DNA of 64,000 nt. Source: Acidobacteriota bacterium (GTDB lineage: Bacteria; Acidobacteriota; UBA890; WLXD01). Made by a program: the position numbers and the translations under genes. Below the pieces are notes generated by a model. The model had not been told where the DNA came from and did not search any database. It was given only the letters and a program-made list of their open reading frames with translations. Of the stretch, positions 30,208 through 41,340 are shown in pieces (position 1 is the first letter of the stretch; every line of letters begins with the position of its first letter). Where the stretch lies: positions 32,001 through 96,000 of the forward strand of contig CAXWPH010000010.1 in NCBI GenBank assembly GCA_963666055.2. The letters run 5' to 3'.

Positions 30208-31638
30208 ATGGAATTCATCACCGGGAAACACCTCTCTCGCCGCTCGTTCATCCGGGGTACGGGTGTGAGCGTGGCGCTGCCCTTTCTCGACGCAATGGTG
30301 CCCGCCGGGCGGCTCTGGCGGGACAGCGCCAGCGAGCCGGGCTTCACGCGTCTGGTATGCATCGAGGAGTCGATGGGCGCCGCCGGCTGCAGCGATTGGG
30401 GCGACGCCCGGCACCTGTTCGCTCCCGCCCAGGTCGGCCGCAATTTCGAGCTCGTCACCGACAGCCAGCTGGCGCCGCTGGCGGAATTCCGCGAGTACAT
30501 GACGATCGTCAGCAACACCGATTGCCGGCCGGCCGAGGCGTTCCGTGCGCAGGAGATCGGCGGCGATCACGAGCGGTCGACGGCAGTGTTTCTGACCCAG
30601 GCCCACCCCAAGCAGACGCAGAGCTCGGACATCTATCTCGGCACGTCGCTCGACCAGCTCCACGCGCAGCGCTTCGGGCACGACACCGCGCTGGCGTCGC
30701 TCGAGCTCTGCATCGAGGGCATCGACCGTGGCGGCGGCTGCGCCTACAACTACCACTGCGCGTACACGGACTCGTTGGCCTGGGCATCGCCCAACCAGCC
30801 GCTGCCGGCAATCCGGGAGCCTAGGGTGGTGTTCGAACGGCTGTTCGGTGCCGGGGACACTCCCGAAGACCGGGCCGCCCGACGCCGCACGAACCGGAGC
30901 ATGATCGACTGGATCGTGACCGAGGTGGCGCGGCTCAAGCGAAGCCTGGGAGCGGTGGATCGCGTGGCACTGGACCAATACGTGGAGCACATCCGCGAGA
31001 TCGAGCGCCGCATCCAGCTCGTCGAGGCCCGCAACAGCAGCGGCGAGGAACGGAGGATGCCCGAGGCACCTTCCGGCATCCCCGACTCGTTCGAAGAGCA
31101 CATGCAACTGATGTTCGATCTACAGGTGCTGGCGCTACAGACCGATCTGACCCGCGTCATCACCTTCAAGACCGGATTCGATCAGTCGAACCGCACCTTC
31201 CCGCGGAGCGGCACCACGAAGTCGATCCACGGGGCCTCCCACCACGGCAACGTCCCCGCCGAGGTCATGGCCTTCCACAAGATCAACAGGTACCGCCTCG
31301 GCCAGCTCAGATACTTCCTCGAGAAGATGCGGGATACGGTCGATGGAGAGGCGTCGCTGCTGGACAAGACGGCGATCGTCTGGGGGTCCGCGATGGCCGA
31401 TCCCAACCTCCACAACCACCGTCGCAATCCGCTTCTGCTCCTGGGTCATGCCAACGGAGCGCTCGAAGGAGGACTGCATGTACGGGCCCCCGAGGGCACG
31501 CCGATGGCGAACGCGCTCCTCAGCCTGATGCGGGAGATCGGGCACGAAGAGATGGAGACGTTCGGCGACAGCGACGGGGCGCTCGCGTTGAGCTTGCCGC
31601 GTGGGGCCGCCCGCGCGAACAGGAGCGACGTGGAATGA
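30208..31638 (+). CDS. DUF1552 (HXXSHH) protein with a Tat-like signal
   Basis: LSRRSFIRGTGVSVALPFLDAM and HGASHH. Confidence 0.9.
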   Translation: MEFITGKHLSRRSFIRGTGVSVALPFLDAMVPAGRLWRDSASEPGFTRLVCIEESMGAAGCSDWGDARHLFAPAQVGRNFELVTDSQLAPLAEFREYMTIVSNTDCRPAEAFRAQEIGGDHERSTAVFLTQAHPKQTQSSDIYLGTSLDQLHAQRFGHDTALASLELCIEGIDRGGGCAYNYHCAYTDSLAWASPNQPLPAIREPRVVFERLFGAGDTPEDRAARRRTNRSMIDWIVTEVARLKRSLGAVDRVALDQYVEHIREIERRIQLVEARNSSGEERRMPEAPSGIPDSFEEHMQLMFDLQVLALQTDLTRVITFKTGFDQSNRTFPRSGTTKSIHGASHHGNVPAEVMAFHKINRYRLGQLRYFLEKMRDTVDGEASLLDKTAIVWGSAMADPNLHNHRRNPLLLLGHANGALEGGLHVRAPEGTPMANALLSLMREIGHEEMETFGDSDGALALSLPRGAARANRSDVE

Positions 31639-33599
31639 GCGCGCGCCCGCTCGACTCGGTGAGGCCGCTGGTCCTGGTCGGCCTGGCAGCGTTTCTTTGC
31701 GGCGCCGCCTTCTCTCCCGACACCCCGCTCATCGATGCGGCGCGCAACGGAGACGCCGTCGCCGTCGGCGCGCTTCTCGATCGTGGTGCCGACGTGAACA
31801 CGGCGCAGGGCGACGGCATGACCGCTCTGCACTGGGCCGCCGAGCGCGGCCACGTTGCGGTTGCCAAACACCTGGTCTCGGCGTCCGCCGATGTCGGAGC
31901 GAAGACGCGGATCGGCGGCTACACGCCGCTACATCTGGCCAGCCGTGGCGGGCGCGGCGCGGTCGTCCGCATGCTGCTGGAGGCGGGGAGCGACCCCGAC
32001 GCGATCACCTCGAGCAGTGGTGTGACGCCGCTGCACCTCGCCGCAGCGGCGATCGGCGGCACCGACGCGGTTGCTGCCCTTGTGGCTCACGGTGCGGACC
32101 CCAATGTCCTGGAATGGTCGGCCGGGCAGACTCCGCTGATGTTTGCCGCCGGATCCGGTCGCGCCGGGGCCGTGCGGAAGCTCCTCGCGGCCGGCGCGGA
32201 CTCCGGGATCAGCACTCAGGTGGTGGACGTTCTGCCGCGCCTGGCGCTGGATCGCGAGGCCAGGCGGCGCCTACAGGAGATGGTCGGCGCATCGCCGGCC
32301 GCTGCGGACCGCTACGGCGCGGGGACAGAAAACGCTGTGACCGTGGAGCCGGATCCTGCCGACGTCCAGGCGGCCATTCGCGCCCAGCGCGAGTTCCTGC
32401 GTTCCGGCTACGATGTCGGCGAGGTCGACCCATACTCGCTGGCACGCGTCCGCCCCGACTACCCTGGCGGCCCCGACGTCGTGCGACCCCCCTATCGGGA
32501 GACCCTGGTCAGAATAACCGGCGGCATGACAGCGCTCCTGCACGCGGCTCGGGAGGGCCATATCGAAGCGGCCGTGGCGCTTCTCGATGGCGGCGCAGAC
32601 GTCAACCAGGTGAGCGACGGAGATCGAACCAGCGCGCTGCTCATGGCGGCGCTGAACGGCCAGCTCGATCTCGCACTGATTCTTCTCGAGGCAGGTGCGG
32701 ATCCCGACCTGGCTGCGTCCACCGATGGAGCCACGCCCCTGTTCGCCGTGCTACAGACACAGTGGGCTCCGAAGTCGAACTACCCCCAGCCGCGGGCGCA
32801 GGATGATCAGCGGTCGGAGTACATGGAAGTGCTGGAGGCCCTGCTCGCCGCCGGTGCCGACCCCGACGTCCGGCTGAACACACATCTGTGGTACTGGGAG
32901 TTCGGGCTCACCAAGATGGGGCTCGATCTGACCGGCGCGACGCCGTTCTGGCGTGCCGCGTTCGCCCAGGATCTCGAGGCCATGAAGCTGCTCGCGGCGC
33001 ATGGCGCCGATCCGAACATCCCGACTCGTTGGCCGGAGGTCGGGATGCGCGAGCGACGTCAGCAAGACGGCCGACAGCAGGAAGACTCGCGCCTGCCCTA
33101 CATCCCCGAGGGGGCGTCTAACGCCTATTCGATCCACGCCGCGGCGGGCGGCGCTTACATCGGGCTCGGCGCCTTCAGCGTGCGGAGCGCGCCGGAGCAG
33201 TTTCTTCCGGCGGTCAAGTACCTGGTCGAGGAGCACGCCGCCGATGTCAACCTCGCTGACTCCTGGCTCTACACGCCCCTCCACTACGCGGCATCGCGTG
33301 GGGACAACGAGCTAATCGAATACCTCGTAGCGCAGGGCGCCGACGTCAACGCAATCACAAGACTGGGCCAGTCGACGGCCGACATGGCACGCGGCGGGCA
33401 AGGCGGGTTCTTCGTGCGCGTGGCGTACCCGGAGACGGTCGAGCTGCTCACCAGCCTGGGCTCGACGCTCGAATGCCTCAACACCCATTTCCTCGGCACC
33501 GGGGACGTCTGCGCGGGCGCCGGCGTCAACGACCCGTGGGCGCCGCCGGCGGATGGTGACGAGTCTGCGCCATCGGGGAACCCAAAGACACCGCGCTAG
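31635..33599 (+). CDS. Secreted ankyrin-repeat protein
   Basis: Repeated GMTALHWAA, GYTPLHLA, GVTPLHLAA, GQTPLMFAA; ATGA overlap with the DUF1552 gene. Confidence 0.92.
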   Translation: MSARPLDSVRPLVLVGLAAFLCGAAFSPDTPLIDAARNGDAVAVGALLDRGADVNTAQGDGMTALHWAAERGHVAVAKHLVSASADVGAKTRIGGYTPLHLASRGGRGAVVRMLLEAGSDPDAITSSSGVTPLHLAAAAIGGTDAVAALVAHGADPNVLEWSAGQTPLMFAAGSGRAGAVRKLLAAGADSGISTQVVDVLPRLALDREARRRLQEMVGASPAAADRYGAGTENAVTVEPDPADVQAAIRAQREFLRSGYDVGEVDPYSLARVRPDYPGGPDVVRPPYRETLVRITGGMTALLHAAREGHIEAAVALLDGGADVNQVSDGDRTSALLMAALNGQLDLALILLEAGADPDLAASTDGATPLFAVLQTQWAPKSNYPQPRAQDDQRSEYMEVLEALLAAGADPDVRLNTHLWYWEFGLTKMGLDLTGATPFWRAAFAQDLEAMKLLAAHGADPNIPTRWPEVGMRERRQQDGRQQEDSRLPYIPEGASNAYSIHAAAGGAYIGLGAFSVRSAPEQFLPAVKYLVEEHAADVNLADSWLYTPLHYAASRGDNELIEYLVAQGADVNAITRLGQSTADMARGGQGGFFVRVAYPETVELLTSLGSTLECLNTHFLGTGDVCAGAGVNDPWAPPADGDESAPSGNPKTPR

Positions 33600-33652
33600 C
33601 GCGGGGAGCCGGGCGGCACACCCCTACCCCGCCAACCACGCAGGGAGAGGCC

Positions 33653-34807
33653 ATGAGGACTCGTTCCGCTCCGCTCGTCGTCGTGTGTGCCTTCGTGGCG
33701 GTCTTGCCCGCCTGCCTGGGTGAGGACTCGGCTCCGCCGCTTCCGGATTCGAACGGAGCGATCAGCAAGGGCGGTGACGACAGGACGGGTCACTACGACC
33801 CCGTGGACGGCTGGTGGAAGCAAGCACCCAACCACGACGACGAGTGGTCGTGGGGCCAGGTGGCGGGCGTCGCGGCGGACCACTCCGACCGGATCATCGT
33901 GGTGACGCGCGGCGACTGGCCGGCGAACCGAGCGCAGCCGCGGGAGGGGCGGCTGCGACGCACCAACTTCATCGTCGTCGCAGATGGAAACGGCAACATC
34001 GTCGAGCAGTGGAGCCAATGGGACTCGATCATGACCTTGCCACATCAGGTCTACATCAGCCCCTACGATCTCGAGCGCCACGTCTGGGTCATCGACAGTG
34101 GTGGCGGCCAGGGCCACATGCAGGTCTTGAAGTTCACCAACGACGGCAGCGAGCTGGTGATGCAGCTCGGCGAGCGCGACCACCCCAAGACTCGCGAGGC
34201 GGCCCGCGCACGGTTCGACTGGGGTCCGCATACCTATGGCTGGCCGTCGAAGCTCGCCTTCCTCCCCGACGGCAGCTTCTTGCTGGCCGACGGCTACTGG
34301 AACTCACGCATCATCAAGTACACCGAGGACGGAGAGCTGGTGACGCAGTGGGGAGCGCTCGGAGACGGCCCCGGGGAGTTCGATCTCCTTCACGGCCTCG
34401 CCGTGGACGAGGATCGCGTCTATGTCGGCGACCGGCAGAATCAGCGCATCCAGGTCTTCACCCACGAGGGCGAGTTCATCGAGGAATGGCCGAACATCTT
34501 CGATCCGGTCAACATCTGGGTCGACGAGAGCCATGCGGTGTGGGTGTTGGACGCGAGCTTGAACCGGGTCCTCAAGTACAGCCGCGACGGTGAGCTCCAG
34601 TACCACTGGGGGGCCTATGGCCAAGCAGGAGCAGTCGGGCGAGGGATCTGGCCGGGTGGTCTGTCGCTTCCCCATCAGCTCGACATGGATGAGGACGGCA
34701 ACCTCTACATCGCCTCCTACAGCGGCGGCTGGGTGAACAAGTTCGTCCCGAAGCCGGATGCCGATCCGAGCAAGCTCCTGGGCAGGCGGCTACTGCTGAC
34801 GAACTGA
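33653..34807 (+). CDS. NHL-repeat (PAL-like six-bladed propeller) lipoprotein
   Basis: Lipobox-like LPAC, ADGYWNSRIIKY, GPGEFDLLHGLAVD..VYVGDRQNQRIQVF, LSLPHQ. Confidence 0.85.
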   Translation: MRTRSAPLVVVCAFVAVLPACLGEDSAPPLPDSNGAISKGGDDRTGHYDPVDGWWKQAPNHDDEWSWGQVAGVAADHSDRIIVVTRGDWPANRAQPREGRLRRTNFIVVADGNGNIVEQWSQWDSIMTLPHQVYISPYDLERHVWVIDSGGGQGHMQVLKFTNDGSELVMQLGERDHPKTREAARARFDWGPHTYGWPSKLAFLPDGSFLLADGYWNSRIIKYTEDGELVTQWGALGDGPGEFDLLHGLAVDEDRVYVGDRQNQRIQVFTHEGEFIEEWPNIFDPVNIWVDESHAVWVLDASLNRVLKYSRDGELQYHWGAYGQAGAVGRGIWPGGLSLPHQLDMDEDGNLYIASYSGGWVNKFVPKPDADPSKLLGRRLLLTN

Positions 34808-34916
34808 GAGCGTGCTTCAACCCTGGTATCGCATCCGAATACACGACGGCAGGCCTCGATTCTGAGAAGCTGGCCGGTCTGAGTCCGCAACAGCAGCAAT
34901 GCTACGGAGGGGAACG

Positions 34917-35405
34917 ATGTCCGACGAGACGATTCGCTATGACGGAAGGTGCGCGTGCGGAGCCGTGCGGGTCACCGCCACCGGCAAGCCTACCGCCGCC
35001 GGCTACTGTCACTGTGAGTCGTGTCGTCGGTGGCACACGGCTCCGATCAATGCCTGGGCGGCGTGGCCGGGCGACGCCGTCACTATCACCCAGGGCGAGG
35101 ACGAGCTCGTCCGGTTCGATACCCGCGATCAGGGCGGCTCCAACGTTCGCTGCTCGTGTGGCCGGTGCGGTTCGGGGGTGATGAACCAGCGACACGACGG
35201 CGTGACGGTGGTCTACCCGTCGGCGCTGCACGGCTCCGGCTTCGAGCATGATCCGATGGTGCACATCCACTACCAAGAGCGTGTCCTCGACGTCAACGAC
35301 GGCTTGCCCAAGTTCGCCGACAGCCCGGCGGAGTATGGCGGATCCGGGAAGATGATCGAGGAGCCAACTCGTACCGGGCCGTCCAGCGGCCAGGAAGCGT
35401 CGTGA
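34917..35405 (+). CDS. GFA/CENP-V family protein
   Basis: GRCACGAV, YCHCESCRR, CGRCGS. Confidence 0.9.
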   Translation: MSDETIRYDGRCACGAVRVTATGKPTAAGYCHCESCRRWHTAPINAWAAWPGDAVTITQGEDELVRFDTRDQGGSNVRCSCGRCGSGVMNQRHDGVTVVYPSALHGSGFEHDPMVHIHYQERVLDVNDGLPKFADSPAEYGGSGKMIEEPTRTGPSSGQEAS

Positions 35406-35482
35406 CGTCGTTCTGAAAGCGCCGCTCGGCGACTGCCCCGGACCGGCAGCGTGGATTCGTGCCAGTGCTCGCAGCGCGGTGT

Positions 35483-36772
35483 TCAGTGCCAGTCGATCCG
35501 ATGCGCGCTGGCAATCGCTTCGACGCGTGCGGGTGGGACGCCCGCTGTGGCGGCGAACTGCGTCCACCGCGCCACCGTCGTCGACACCTCGTCGAGGATC
35601 GCCCGAGCTAGACCTCGCCGCAGCAGGGCAAGCTTGCCGACGACCTCGAAGTCGGCCGCCTCGAAGCCGTCGCGCTTGCCGTTGAGGCTCATCTGCTGCT
35701 CGGCAGTCCACGCCCCGTCCGGGTTGTAGCTGTAGGTGACGTCGAAGGCCGGGGCGAGCCACCAGTTGCCGGCCCGGTCCATCAGGAACGCAATGTTCTT
35801 GACGTGATCGTCCTGGTTGCGAGCCACGATGTTGAACACCATGCGCCGAAACATCTGCTCGCGGCTGGCCGCGGGTAGATCGAGTCGCGTCACTACCTCG
35901 AATGCCTGCTCGTACGAGTGTGCTCCGGCAAGATTGAAGTCGTAGTGGGCAATCGCTCCCAGCGACTGCATGTGGAGCTTGTACCCGGCCGCAGTCCGGT
36001 CGAAGCGGCGGGTGAGGAAATGATGTCGCGGTCCTTCGTCGAGGACGCGGCACTCGGCCATCTCGATGCCCGCCTCGACCGCCATGAGGTGATACGCGTA
36101 TTCGATCAGACCGTAGCCGGGGGGGTCCTCAAGCTCCCTATCCCGGTTGCCGGCGACACCATCGAACTTCAGGATCCAGTGAGAAAAGCCAGCGGGCGCA
36201 TCGAGCTGCCCGGAACGCACCTCGCCGGTGTCGGGATTCCACGTGATCACCGCCTTGGCGCGGGCGCCACCTGCCGAAGTACCGACGCGCAGGATCTGCC
36301 CCAACCCGTCGGCGTCGAGCACATGCGCGAGATCCTGCCGTTGCGAAAGCACCGCGCTTGCCAGCTCGACGAGATGGTCCACCTGGAGTCTCTCGTCCGC
36401 CGTGGCGCTGGGACCGAGCACCGGTCGGAACTCCAGCGCACCCATCCCACGTCGACCCACGTAGCAAAGTCGCTCGACGGCATGGAAGTCGGCCGCGGCG
36501 CGTCCTTGTGCGGCCAGCCAGGCGTCGATCAGCGCGTTGCCGAAGAGGTCGGGCAGGGAGTCGGCCAGCAGACCGGGCAGCCCTTGGAAGGTCTCCCGCG
36601 ACAAACCAGGGAACGAGTAGATCCTCGCACCCAGCGGCATCGTCAGCGGCGCGACTTGAATCCCACTGGCACGGAATGCCTCGGCGTACTCGAAGAATGC
36701 CAACGCCCGGCCGGTGTCCCACGAAACCGCGCCCACGGTTCGACCCCAGAGACGGACCTCGGCGAGGGTCAC
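35483..36772 (-). CDS. hipA: HipA-family kinase toxin
   Basis: GRRGMGALEF, GTSAGGARAKA, WILKF, RRFDR, NQDDHVKN, LAPAFD. Confidence 0.95.
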   Translation of the reverse strand: MTLAEVRLWGRTVGAVSWDTGRALAFFEYAEAFRASGIQVAPLTMPLGARIYSFPGLSRETFQGLPGLLADSLPDLFGNALIDAWLAAQGRAAADFHAVERLCYVGRRGMGALEFRPVLGPSATADERLQVDHLVELASAVLSQRQDLAHVLDADGLGQILRVGTSAGGARAKAVITWNPDTGEVRSGQLDAPAGFSHWILKFDGVAGNRDRELEDPPGYGLIEYAYHLMAVEAGIEMAECRVLDEGPRHHFLTRRFDRTAAGYKLHMQSLGAIAHYDFNLAGAHSYEQAFEVVTRLDLPAASREQMFRRMVFNIVARNQDDHVKNIAFLMDRAGNWWLAPAFDVTYSYNPDGAWTAEQQMSLNGKRDGFEAADFEVVGKLALLRRGLARAILDEVSTTVARWTQFAATAGVPPARVEAIASAHRIDWH

Positions 36773-37125
36773 CTCTCGTCACCCCACGTCCAGGGCTTGG
36801 CGGACGGCGCCTGATCGGAGCTCACGGAACCACGTGAGGCACGCTGCTTGCGACGACCCATTGTCCGCAGCTGCAACATCGGGCTGACCGGCGGCTCGGG
36901 CACCAGCCCATCGAGGTTGCCGACCAGGTCGAGCGCCCGCAGCACCCGCAACAGATTCGTCAGGCTCGTCGACCTGCCGCGCTCGAGCCGCGAGACGGTC
37001 GGTACCGACACGCCAGCCTCCTCGGCCAGCTTCTCCTGAGACCAATCGCGGTTCAGCCGCTGCCGCGCAAGCCGCTCCCCTAGCCGCGCCAGGATCGCGG
37101 TGTCGGATTCTGCAGATCGATACAT
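36769..37125 (-). CDS. hipB: XRE/HipB-like antitoxin
   Basis: RLNRDWSQEKLAEEAGVSVPTVSRLERG helix-turn-helix; GTGA overlap with hipA. Confidence 0.85.
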   Translation of the reverse strand: MYRSAESDTAILARLGERLARQRLNRDWSQEKLAEEAGVSVPTVSRLERGRSTSLTNLLRVLRALDLVGNLDGLVPEPPVSPMLQLRTMGRRKQRASRGSVSSDQAPSAKPWTWGDER

Positions 37126-37189
37126 AACAAATCAATTATGATTTCTTAATCAATTTTAGTCAATCTATAAATCATATTTGATCTGTTAT
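37124..37189. promoter_or_regulatory. AT-rich hipBA promoter with 21-bp inverted operator repeats
   Basis: ATAACAAATCAATTATGATTT (37124-37144) and AAATCATATTTGATCTGTTAT (37169-37189) match at 19/21 as inverted repeats. Confidence 0.75.
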
Positions 37190-39961
37190 ATCATCTCCGG
37201 CCGCCATTCGGCGGAGCACGGTGTGCAGGATGCCACCGTTGCGGTAGTAGTCGACCTCGACCGGGGTGTCGATACGCACGACCGTATCGAACTCCGTCAA
37301 GGCGCCGTCGGGCTTGGTCGCACGCACCGTCACGGTCTGCTTCGGCTGCAGCTCATCGGGTAGGTCGATGTCGAAGGTCTCGGTACCGTCGAGGCCCAGG
37401 CTGTCGGCCGTGTCACCAGGGTTGAAAGTGAGCGGCAACACGCCCATCCCCACCAGGTTGGAGCGATGGATGCGCTCGTAGGACGTGACGATCACCGCCT
37501 TCACGCCCAGCAACAGCGTGCCCTTGGCGGCCCAGTCGCGCGACGAGCCCATGCCGTAGTCCTTGCCCGCCAGCACGACCAGGGGAATGCCGGCGGCACG
37601 GTAGCTCTCCGAGGCCTCGAAGATCGTCTTCACGGCGCCATCGGTGAAGTCGGTGGTAAAGCCACCCTCGGTGCCGGGTGCCAGCTGGTTGCGCATGCGC
37701 ACGTTGGCGAAGGTGCCGCGCGTCATCACGTTGTGGTTGCCGCGGCGCGAACCATAGCTGTTGAACATCTGGCGCTCAACGCCGCGTCCGTTCAGGTACT
37801 GCCCCGCTGGAGTATCGGGGCCGATGGCGCCCGCCGGCGAGATGTGGTCGGTGGTCGTCGAGTCGCCCAGCTTGGCCAGACATCGGGCACCGTGAATGGA
37901 GGCGATCGGCGCTGGCTCGGGCGGCATGTCCATGAAGAACGTCGGCTCCTGGATATAGGTGCTGTCGTCGGACCACTCGTAGTTGGCGTCGTCGGAGGTG
38001 GCGATCGCCTTCCACTCGTCGCTGCCCTCGAAGACGTTGCCGTACTTGTCGAGGAACTGGTCGCGCGACAGCGACTCGGCGATGACAGCCTCAATCTCGT
38101 TGTCCCTCGGCCAGATCTCGTGCAGGAACACGTCGTTGCCGTCGGGATCCTGGCCGAGCGGATCGTTGACGAGGTCGATATCGACGGTGCCAGCAAGCGC
38201 GAATGCGACCACCAGCGGCGGCGACGCCAGGTAGTTGGCCTTGATGTCGGCGTGGATGCGGCCCTCGAAGTTACGGTTGCCCGACAGCACCGAGGCGACG
38301 GTGAGGTCGTTGTCGCGCACCGCATTTCCGATCGGCTCTGGCAGCGGGCCCGAGTTGCCGATGCAAGTCGTGCAGCCGAAGCCGACGACGTAGAAGCCCA
38401 TGGTCTCGAGCTCGTCGAGCAGGCCGGCCTTCTCGAGGTAATCGGTAACCACCTGCGAGCCCGGCGCCAACGAGGTCTTCACCCAGGGCTGTCGCTGCAG
38501 GCCGCGCCGCGCCGCGTTGCGCGCCAGCAGACCGGCGCCCACCATGACGCTCGGGTTCGAGGTGTTCGTGCAACTGGTAATGGCTGCGATGACCACCGCT
38601 CCGTCGCGCAGCTCGAAGGTATCACCGTCGAGATCGACCTGGACCGAGCGCACCTGCCCGGCGTCGACTGCGGTGGCTGTCGCGCCGCCGGCTACCGTCA
38701 CCGCGCCGCCACCTGCTGATGCGCCGCCGGCAGACGGCTCCGCGCTGCTTTCGGCATCGCGCCGCGCAAACGTCGTGGCGAGCCCCTCCTGCCACTTGGT
38801 GCCCATGTCGCCCAGCGCGATGCGATCCTGCGGCCGCTTGGGCCCGGCAAGCGCTGGCTCGACGCTGCCGAGATCGAGCGACAGCTGGTCGGCGTAGGTG
38901 ATCGAACGATCGTCGTCGCGCCAGAGGCCCTGGGCGCGGTAATAGGTCTCCACAGTGTCGATGAGCTCCTGCGGCCGGCCCGTGAGCCACAGGTACTCGA
39001 GCACGCGATCGTCCACCGGGAAGAAACCGCAAGTGGCCCCGTATTCCGGCGCCATGTTGGCGATCGTCGCCCGGTTGGCGACCGGCATCGACGCCAGGCC
39101 GGGCCCGTAGAACTCCACGAATTTCCCCACCACGCCGAGCTCGCGCAGCATCTCGGTCACCCGCAACACCATGTCGGTGGCGGTGCTACCGGCGCGCAGC
39201 TCACCGTCGAGGCGAAATCCGACGACCTCGGGCATCAGCATGTAGATCGGCTGCCCGAGCATTACCGCCTCGGCCTCGATGCCGCCCACGCCCCAACCGA
39301 GCACGCCGAGACCGTTGATCATCGTGGTGTGTGAGTCGGTACCGACAAGCGAGTCGGGATAGAGCTGCTGGCCGTCGTCCCAGACCACCTTGGCGAGATA
39401 CTCGAGGTTCACCTGGTGCACGATACCGGTGGCCGGCGGCACGACGCGGAAGTTGTCGAAGCCGCTCTGTCCCCACTTGAGGAACTCGTAGCGCTCGCGA
39501 TTGCGCTCGAACTCCTTCGCGGCGTTGATCTGCAACGCCGCGCCGGAGTTGAACGCGTCGACCTGCACCGAGTGATCGATCACCAGGTCGCAGGCCACCA
39601 GCGGGTTCACCTTCGCCGGATCGCCGCCCATGCGCACCATCGCCGAGCGCATGGCGGCCAGATCGACCACCGCCGGAACGCCGGTAAAGTCCTGCAGGAC
39701 GACGCGACCCGGCGTGAACGGTATCTCGACCGCGGCAACGTTGGTCGCGTCGTAGGCGGCGAGCGCCTCGAGGTGCTCCGCGGTGACAACGTGATCGTCG
39801 TAACTACGCAGGCACGACTCCAGCAGCACCTTGATGGTGTAGGGCAGCGAGTCGATCGGTCCGAGCGCACCCAGCGCGTCGAGGCGAAGGATCTGGCGCT
39901 CTCCGACAGCCGTATCGAGGCTCTGACGAGCGCTGCGGGCAAGCTCAGCGGTATCCGGCAT
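37172..39961 (-). CDS. acnA: Aconitate hydratase AcnA
   Basis: [54 protein letters not shown]. Confidence 0.97.
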   Translation of the reverse strand: MPDTAELARSARQSLDTAVGERQILRLDALGALGPIDSLPYTIKVLLESCLRSYDDHVVTAEHLEALAAYDATNVAAVEIPFTPGRVVLQDFTGVPAVVDLAAMRSAMVRMGGDPAKVNPLVACDLVIDHSVQVDAFNSGAALQINAAKEFERNRERYEFLKWGQSGFDNFRVVPPATGIVHQVNLEYLAKVVWDDGQQLYPDSLVGTDSHTTMINGLGVLGWGVGGIEAEAVMLGQPIYMLMPEVVGFRLDGELRAGSTATDMVLRVTEMLRELGVVGKFVEFYGPGLASMPVANRATIANMAPEYGATCGFFPVDDRVLEYLWLTGRPQELIDTVETYYRAQGLWRDDDRSITYADQLSLDLGSVEPALAGPKRPQDRIALGDMGTKWQEGLATTFARRDAESSAEPSAGGASAGGGAVTVAGGATATAVDAGQVRSVQVDLDGDTFELRDGAVVIAAITSCTNTSNPSVMVGAGLLARNAARRGLQRQPWVKTSLAPGSQVVTDYLEKAGLLDELETMGFYVVGFGCTTCIGNSGPLPEPIGNAVRDNDLTVASVLSGNRNFEGRIHADIKANYLASPPLVVAFALAGTVDIDLVNDPLGQDPDGNDVFLHEIWPRDNEIEAVIAESLSRDQFLDKYGNVFEGSDEWKAIATSDDANYEWSDDSTYIQEPTFFMDMPPEPAPIASIHGARCLAKLGDSTTTDHISPAGAIGPDTPAGQYLNGRGVERQMFNSYGSRRGNHNVMTRGTFANVRMRNQLAPGTEGGFTTDFTDGAVKTIFEASESYRAAGIPLVVLAGKDYGMGSSRDWAAKGTLLLGVKAVIVTSYERIHRSNLVGMGVLPLTFNPGDTADSLGLDGTETFDIDLPDELQPKQTVTVRATKPDGALTEFDTVVRIDTPVEVDYYRNGGILHTVLRRMAAGDDITDQI

Positions 39962-40260
39962 ACGGTCGATTCTAGCGCAGGACCCGCTACGTGACTCCCA
40001 CCGGGACCTCCCGTGCTCGCCTACCAGAGGCGCCCCGTCGCTCCCTCGATGTGCAGGCGGCGTTCGGATCGTGCGCGCCTACGATGCAAGACCGGTGAAC
40101 TGCTCTGGAGCCACAGGAGACAAGGCTTGAACATCCGGTTCGAAGATGTTGCGGTCGACAACGATGGCGTCTACGTGGCCGGGCGGCTAGACACCGCCAG
40201 CGGCGACGACGGCTGGCTCGTCTCCGGGTGGTGCGCGCCTAGCCAGGCTCAGTAGGAGAG

Positions 40261-40761
40261 TCAGCCAACCAGGCGCCCCAGACGCCTCAGGCAACTGTCC
40301 CAGCCCTGCTCGTGCGCTCTGGTGGCCTCGCTATTCGGGAACCCCTCTTGCGTAATCACCACCTCGGTGGATCCGCCCCTGTCGTTAAGCTCGATGGTCA
40401 CCAAGGTCTCACCCATCTGTGAGTCAGCCTCCTCCCAATCCCAGGTGTATACGAGACGGTTCGGAGGCTCGATCTCGCGATATGCACCGAACGCCGTATG
40501 CACCTTGCCGCCGGCTCCTTTCATGACGATACGGAACGCACCGCCCACGACCAGGTCGACCTGCGCGTCTTCGACGTTGGCATCCTCGGGGCAGGACCAC
40601 CGGCGAAGCTGGTCGGGCTGCGTCCAGGCATCAAAGACCCTGTCAGGTGACGCGTTCACGACACAGGACACTCGCAGCGAGGTGGCGTTGTCGGCGCCGA
40701 GGTCGGTGCCAGTGCCTGTTTCGGTGCCGGTGTTCGTTGGGGTCTCGGTGTTCGGGCTCAT
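40261..40761 (-). CDS. SRPBCC/AHSA1 domain protein
   Basis: ASPDRVFDAWT..DLVVGG.F..YREIEPPNRLVYTW..HEQGW. Confidence 0.9.
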   Translation of the reverse strand: MSPNTETPTNTGTETGTGTDLGADNATSLRVSCVVNASPDRVFDAWTQPDQLRRWSCPEDANVEDAQVDLVVGGAFRIVMKGAGGKVHTAFGAYREIEPPNRLVYTWDWEEADSQMGETLVTIELNDRGGSTEVVITQEGFPNSEATRAHEQGWDSCLRRLGRLVG

Positions 40762-41132
40762 GGCTGTTGCTCCTTGATCCAGTCCTTGCTGGTGTCCGTG
40801 CTTGTCGCGGGTTTGACGGTCGCCTCCCCTTCCAAGTAGCGAGACAGGGAGCCAAGCTGACCTTCCCAGAACTTCCGGTAGTAGCCCACCCAGTCGGCAG
40901 CGGCGCGCAACGGTGACGCATCGAGCTCGCAGCGGCTGAGGCGACCATCGCGCTCACGACGAACCAGGCCGGCTCGCTCGAGCACACGCAGGTGCTTGGA
41001 GATCGCTGGGCGCGAGACGTTGAACGGCCTCGCCAGCTCGCCAACTGTGGCTTCCCCATCCCCGAGACGCGCCAGGATCGAGCGGCGGGTCGGATCCGCC
41101 AGCGCGCTGAAGGTGAGGTCGAGTTGCGACAT
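40758..41132 (-). CDS. ArsR family regulator
   Basis: LDLTFSALADPTRRSILARL..SRPAISKHLRVLERAGLV; alternative start at 41144. Confidence 0.92.
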   Translation of the reverse strand: MSQLDLTFSALADPTRRSILARLGDGEATVGELARPFNVSRPAISKHLRVLERAGLVRRERDGRLSRCELDASPLRAAADWVGYYRKFWEGQLGSLSRYLEGEATVKPATSTDTSKDWIKEQQP

Positions 41133-41134
41133 AT

Positions 41135-41154
41135 TGGTAACCATTCGGTTACCA
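41135..41154. promoter_or_regulatory. ArsR autoregulatory operator
   Basis: TGGTAACC-ATTC-GGTTACCA, a perfect inverted repeat at the arsR start. Confidence 0.75.
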
Positions 41155-41340
41155 TTTCTACCCTACCGCTGTGCGCTCGTCAACTAGTGGCCTGTAACAG
41201 AGGTTCGTTGCGTATTGCTGGGCCGAGATGGGGGCCAGCTCAAGGCGCGATGAGGATGGCGATGCCTCGCCCATCGTCGACGAATCGCAACACTGAGATT
41301 GCCGCCATATCGGCCCAGCCCTCCGAGTGCCCGCGGGACA

